Part shown: one piece after another, positions 26,635-29,712 of the stretch
How positions within the stretch are numbered: position 1 is the first letter of the stretch
How the letters are laid out: each line of letters begins with the position of its first letter
Origin: a virus
Taxonomy: Duplodnaviria > Caudoviricetes
Direction: 5' to 3' (one strand)
IMG/VR virus record: IMGVR_UViG_3300024251_000026
Location: 1-29,712 of that record
Length of the DNA: 29,712 nucleotides
The notes under the pieces: generated by a model
Seen by the model: only the letters and a program-made list of their open reading frames with translations
Told to the model about the DNA's origin: nothing
The model's database searches: none
Program-made: the position numbers and the translations under genes

Positions 26635-26835
26635 TCATAAATCGTATTTCTCTAAAAATTTTTTGTCGCCATAATGTTGACCTATTCCTATTTGTTTCTT
26701 TCTTCTGGTAATGCCGTCTACTTTTTCACCACTAATAAATTTATCTTTAAAAAACTTTTGTGCAAAATTTATCAATCCTTTTGTATCAAAAGCTTCTTCC
26801 CTTTTTAACACTTTTACTGAAACTTTATTTGGCAT
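26635..26835 (-). CDS. Hypothetical basic protein, 66 aa
   Basis: ORF in the co-oriented gene array. Confidence 0.5.
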   Translation of the reverse strand: MPNKVSVKVLKREEAFDTKGLINFAQKFFKDKFISGEKVDGITRRKKQIGIGQHYGDKKFLEKYDL

Positions 26836-26905
26836 ATTTTATAATTAATATTCCAAAAAGAATAACTAAAGGCCAAATAATAATTTTTAAAATTTCTAAT
26901 ATCAT
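26825..26905 (-). CDS. 26-aa single-TM peptide
   Basis: MILEILKIIIWPLVILFGILIIKYAK; ATGA-coupled and fills the gap exactly. Confidence 0.5.
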   Translation of the reverse strand: MILEILKIIIWPLVILFGILIIKYAK

Positions 26906-27279
26906 AAATTCTTAGACATTCTGAATTCTGTTTCCAGGGCCGATAAACGTTTATTAATTGACCTGTATAAAATATCAATCCGGCGGAGTTCAAAAGTTAA
27001 AGCTATCTCTTTTTGGCCTTCTTCGGTTGCGTTCCATTGCATTTCTGTTTGATTATAGCTCAATGGTTTAGGTTTTAATTCATAAGTATTATTTGGATAA
27101 ATATCTTTAGATTGTATCTCTAACCATTTAGCCGGTTTAAGTAGCATTATTTTCTTTAGTTGTTCTTGCCGATAAGAATTTATAGCTGCTAACCGAGTTA
27201 AAAAAGAAGCTAACTGCACAGGGGAGTCTTCTGTTTTCAGAGCGTCTTCAATAAATTGTAAGTTTAGTTCGTCACTCAT
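26902..27279 (-). CDS. Hypothetical helical protein, 125 aa
   Basis: ORF coupled to the NinG-like gene. Confidence 0.7.
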   Translation of the reverse strand: MSDELNLQFIEDALKTEDSPVQLASFLTRLAAINSYRQEQLKKIMLLKPAKWLEIQSKDIYPNNTYELKPKPLSYNQTEMQWNATEEGQKEIALTFELRRIDILYRSINKRLSALETEFRMSKNL

Positions 27280-27634
27280 ATTTTTTTAATTCTTCTTTAA
27301 GAAACATTTTTATCGCTACATAATCTGGTTTTGTTAAGGTTGGCCAATTAGCGCGGTGGCTTAATTGTAAGTACCCATTCTGTCCTAAGTGTTTAATAAA
27401 CAAATTCCGTTTTTCTTCAGGGTCACTGTCAATTAGCTGGTGACAATAATAATCTAAGGCAAGCATATTGTCTAAGTCATGCCGGACTTTCTTATTCGCT
27501 CTACCAAAACAATGGGCGCACTGCAATTCCTTAAACTCTCGGTATTTTAAACAGCGTTGGCATTGGTTCTTAGCTCTTAATCTAACAATCTTACTAGTTA
27601 AAGCGTCTAACGAATTAATTTTTATATAAACCAT
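27272..27634 (-). CDS. NinG/Rap-like HNH-fold nuclease, 120 aa
   Basis: DALTSKIVRLR...CQRC...LQCAHCFGR....RHDLDN..ALDYYCH. Confidence 0.75.
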   Translation of the reverse strand: MVYIKINSLDALTSKIVRLRAKNQCQRCLKYREFKELQCAHCFGRANKKVRHDLDNMLALDYYCHQLIDSDPEEKRNLFIKHLGQNGYLQLSHRANWPTLTKPDYVAIKMFLKEELKKYE

Positions 27635-27642
27635 TCTTTATA

Positions 27643-28224
27643 TTAATTAAAATCTGGTAAGGGGATATCGTCTCCTGTTTGTGGCACTTCTCCAATGGTA
27701 TCGCTTTCGCTTTTCTGGGTTCCGTAAACTACCAGTTCTGCTAACTGTCTAGCTTGCACCACTTGTAACTTAGCGTCTGCAAAAGTTTTACCACTCTGTA
27801 AGTAAGCGGCGATAAATAAAGATTGGCACTTTCCTACGGCAATTTCGTCCCAGTCGGTAGATTTATCGGTTTGGTAGGTTTGCTCTGGACGTGGGGCAGA
27901 TTTTGGCGTTACAGGGCTATTTTGGCCATCTGTCGGTTGCTCGCTAGTTTCCCTAAAGCCCGTGACCTTGTTTTCGGTTATCTGTTTGCCTTCCACTTCG
28001 TAAGTATCAATCACCCAACTAATCTGCACAACCGAGCCTTCATCTAAATCCATATCCTTAAACTGCTGTGCTGGGGAAGACATGCTACCGTCTTTCTTTT
28101 TCCTAAAAAACGAGTACTTCACTCCGTCTTGGTCAGCTAAGTGAATTTTGGTATTCGTCCCCGCCTTAGTTTTCTTTTCTTCCTTGGTCTTAATCTCTAT
28201 GACTTTGTTTATAAAGTCTGACAT
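27643..28224 (-). CDS. Probable single-stranded DNA-binding protein, 193 aa
   Basis: Beta-rich OB-like N-terminus and acidic tail GDDIPLPDFN; AAGGAG SD. Confidence 0.6.
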   Translation of the reverse strand: MSDFINKVIEIKTKEEKKTKAGTNTKIHLADQDGVKYSFFRKKKDGSMSSPAQQFKDMDLDEGSVVQISWVIDTYEVEGKQITENKVTGFRETSEQPTDGQNSPVTPKSAPRPEQTYQTDKSTDWDEIAVGKCQSLFIAAYLQSGKTFADAKLQVVQARQLAELVVYGTQKSESDTIGEVPQTGDDIPLPDFN

Positions 28225-28253
28225 ACATTCTCCTTGCCTTTCCGTTTTTCGGT

Positions 28254-28361
28254 TTAGGCTTTAATTTCACTGTTATATTCTTCATCCTCTAAAACTTCTC
28301 CGTCTTCTAAGGACGTTTCCATTTCTACATTCTGTCTGTCAATTGGTTTATTTGAGTCCAT
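28254..28361 (-). CDS. 35-aa acidic peptide
   Basis: MDSNKPIDRQNVEMETSLEDGEVLEDEEYNSEIKA, read manually. Confidence 0.45.
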   Translation of the reverse strand: MDSNKPIDRQNVEMETSLEDGEVLEDEEYNSEIKA

Positions 28362-28365
28362 AAAT

Positions 28366-28533
28366 TTAAAAGGGTAATCCCCGTTCGTTTAATTTTACTT
28401 TACTAAAAGCTTTAGCAACTTTCTCAAGCTTTTTTAAATCTTCGGGAATGGTTTCAGTAAAGAACTTCGCTTGTTTTTTAACAAAGCGTTCTCTTTGTCC
28501 CTCTGCCCAAAGTTGTTCAAAATCTTTTTCCAT
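28366..28533 (-). CDS. 55-aa hypothetical protein
   Basis: MEKDFEQLWAEGQRERF...GLPF; fills the gap between neighbours. Confidence 0.55.
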   Translation of the reverse strand: MEKDFEQLWAEGQRERFVKKQAKFFTETIPEDLKKLEKVAKAFSKVKLNERGLPF

Positions 28534-28534
28534 A

Positions 28535-28732
28535 TTATATAGTTACAATTTGTAAGTCTTTAATCCGTTCGCTATACTCTACAAAACTGATACTTCGGTT
28601 GTTGAGTTGTTCTGTAGCTTTTCTCATCAGTTCTCTGGTTTTGGTTGGGGTTTCAGTACCAGTAATTAATCGGATAAGTCTTTGGGTAAGTGCCGTGTTG
28701 TAGGCGTAGGTTAGTTTTTGTACGTTATTCAT
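28535..28732 (-). CDS. Hypothetical protein, 65 aa
   Basis: ATGA-coupled ORF. Confidence 0.6.
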   Translation of the reverse strand: MNNVQKLTYAYNTALTQRLIRLITGTETPTKTRELMRKATEQLNNRSISFVEYSERIKDLQIVTI

Positions 28733-28809
28733 TGTTTGTAAGCTTGGTAAAAAGCTGCTCCTAAAAGAATAATGATTAAGGTTAGGATTGTTGAATAGTA
28801 GGTTGTCAT
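28729..28809 (-). CDS. 26-aa single-TM peptide
   Basis: MTTYYSTILTLIIILLGAAFYQAYKQ; its stop overlaps the next ATG. Confidence 0.5.
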   Translation of the reverse strand: MTTYYSTILTLIIILLGAAFYQAYKQ

Positions 28810-28819
28810 AAATTTAAGA

Positions 28820-29173
28820 TTACAAAAATTCTATTTCTTCATTGCTTTTAATTGCTTGTTCGCAAAATTCAATTAAAATAGGAAAGGAATATGCACACTG
28901 TGGATTTTCTTTTAGGATAGGAAAATCTTTTTGAGCTTGTTCTAGAATTTCCTTACTTTCGCTAACTGTTAATTTTCCATCGCAATCTGAGTGATTAAAA
29001 AAGGCTTGCAATGGTTCATTTGTCCATTCTGTATTTCCCCCAAATCCTTGCATTGCACTTAAATCAAATCCCAAATGTTTTGCCCAATTTTTTCTGAATT
29101 CCCCAAAACCAGAGTAACTCCCTATTTTATCGTTTTGTGATTGATAATCTTTTATATATAAGTTTAATCCCAT
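28820..29173 (-). CDS. Phage hypothetical protein with HSDCDG motif, 117 aa
   Basis: GSYSGF..FR and FFNHSDCDG motifs recurrent in phage early proteins. Confidence 0.7.
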   Translation of the reverse strand: MGLNLYIKDYQSQNDKIGSYSGFGEFRKNWAKHLGFDLSAMQGFGGNTEWTNEPLQAFFNHSDCDGKLTVSESKEILEQAQKDFPILKENPQCAYSFPILIEFCEQAIKSNEEIEFL

Positions 29174-29177
29174 AAAG

Positions 29178-29432
29178 TTATTTTAATGGTTGCATAATAT
29201 CTGCGTTGGCTGCGTCCCTGGCTTTTTTCATTGCCTCTAAATCCTGTTGGCAAGAAATATTATCAGCTTGGGCTACTTCTGCAATACCTATCCAGGTACT
29301 TTGGTCACGTTTTACGAATCCAACAAACTTATATGCCTGAATAAACTGCATGGCGCACTGTATACTGACCACTAGAATTGCTAGACCAGTAGTGGCTAAC
29401 AATGTCTTAACTAAACCTTTTCTTAACTTCAT
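29178..29432 (-). CDS. Membrane-anchored hypothetical protein, 84 aa
   Basis: N-terminal hydrophobic helix; GAAAGGA SD. Confidence 0.7.
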   Translation of the reverse strand: MKLRKGLVKTLLATTGLAILVVSIQCAMQFIQAYKFVGFVKRDQSTWIGIAEVAQADNISCQQDLEAMKKARDAANADIMQPLK

Positions 29433-29446
29433 ATTTGTCCTTTCGT

Positions 29447-29680
29447 GATTAATACTAATTTTGGTATTAATCTTAGTTTTTATTTTTCTAGCATTATTTG
29501 CTAGTAAGGGCTGGTAATAGTAAATTCTTTTAAAATTCGTTTGTGAAAAATTTTATTAGAACCGCCTTTCGGCTTACCAGCTTTTATTAACAAACAATCT
29601 TTTAGGGTTATTGGGCGGCTGGCTCGTTGACGAGTGCCGCCCTTAATCCCTCTGGCTCATATCCGTTATCCCAGCTAGAG
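29447..29680 (-). other. Highly structured non-coding leader (candidate ncRNA or cis-regulatory region)
   Basis: Several stems: GGGCGGC/GCCGCCC, GCTGGTAA/TTACCAGC enclosing GCC-GAAA-GGC, CTAGCA/TGCTAG and GATTAATAC/GTATTAATC. Confidence 0.5.
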
Positions 29681-29712
29681 CTAAGATAGGGTTTAAGCTT
29701 TAATTCTGCCCG

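Noticed and set aside
656-28047. Plus-strand ORFs in the track (e.g. 656-1126, 5384-5725, 18063-18401, 20855-21157, 22854-23550)
   Set aside because: All are antisense shadows of well-supported minus-strand genes and show no recognisable motifs
1-29712. Stop-codon reassignment (alternative genetic code)
   Set aside because: Long genes are intact in code 11, and TAA, TAG and TGA all end genes, often with start/stop overlaps
29581-29712. tRNA or known riboswitch
   Set aside because: No cloverleaf, T-loop or CCA end, and no recognisable aptamer consensus
1-29712. Host assignment (e.g. Patescibacteria/CPR)
   Set aside because: The gene style is suggestive, but the window contains no host genes or other direct evidence

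Overview
A 29.7-kb segment of a tailed dsDNA phage or prophage with a P22-like, podovirus-type gene layout. Essentially all genes lie on the minus strand and use the standard code. In transcription order (high to low coordinates) it carries: (1) a structured leader and early/middle genes (SSB-like, NinG/Rap-like nuclease, HTH protein, HNH-AP2 endonuclease, many micro-ORFs); (2) small and large terminase; (3) portal, scaffold and a major capsid protein that appears to start at ACG; (4) a cassette of about 10.4 kb and 17 genes, with its own promoter, between the capsid and head-tail adaptor genes. This cassette encodes nucleotide-sugar synthesis (PseB/PseC/PseH-like, NDP-sugar dehydrogenase, SDR, PIG-L deacetylase) and about 6-9 glycosyltransferase-like proteins, and is a candidate virion glycosylation system; (5) adaptor, Gly-rich fibre, nozzle and two ejection-type proteins. 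The head and tail modules each begin with the same unit: a sigma70-type promoter, an 18-nt covarying boxB-like hairpin and an overlapping intrinsic terminator. This looks like a protein-controlled antitermination switch, and a small YezD/DUF2292-like ORF lies directly upstream of one copy. GATC is nearly absent. No integrase, lysis or replication genes are recognisable in the window. All family assignments are from motif recognition by eye, not database searches.
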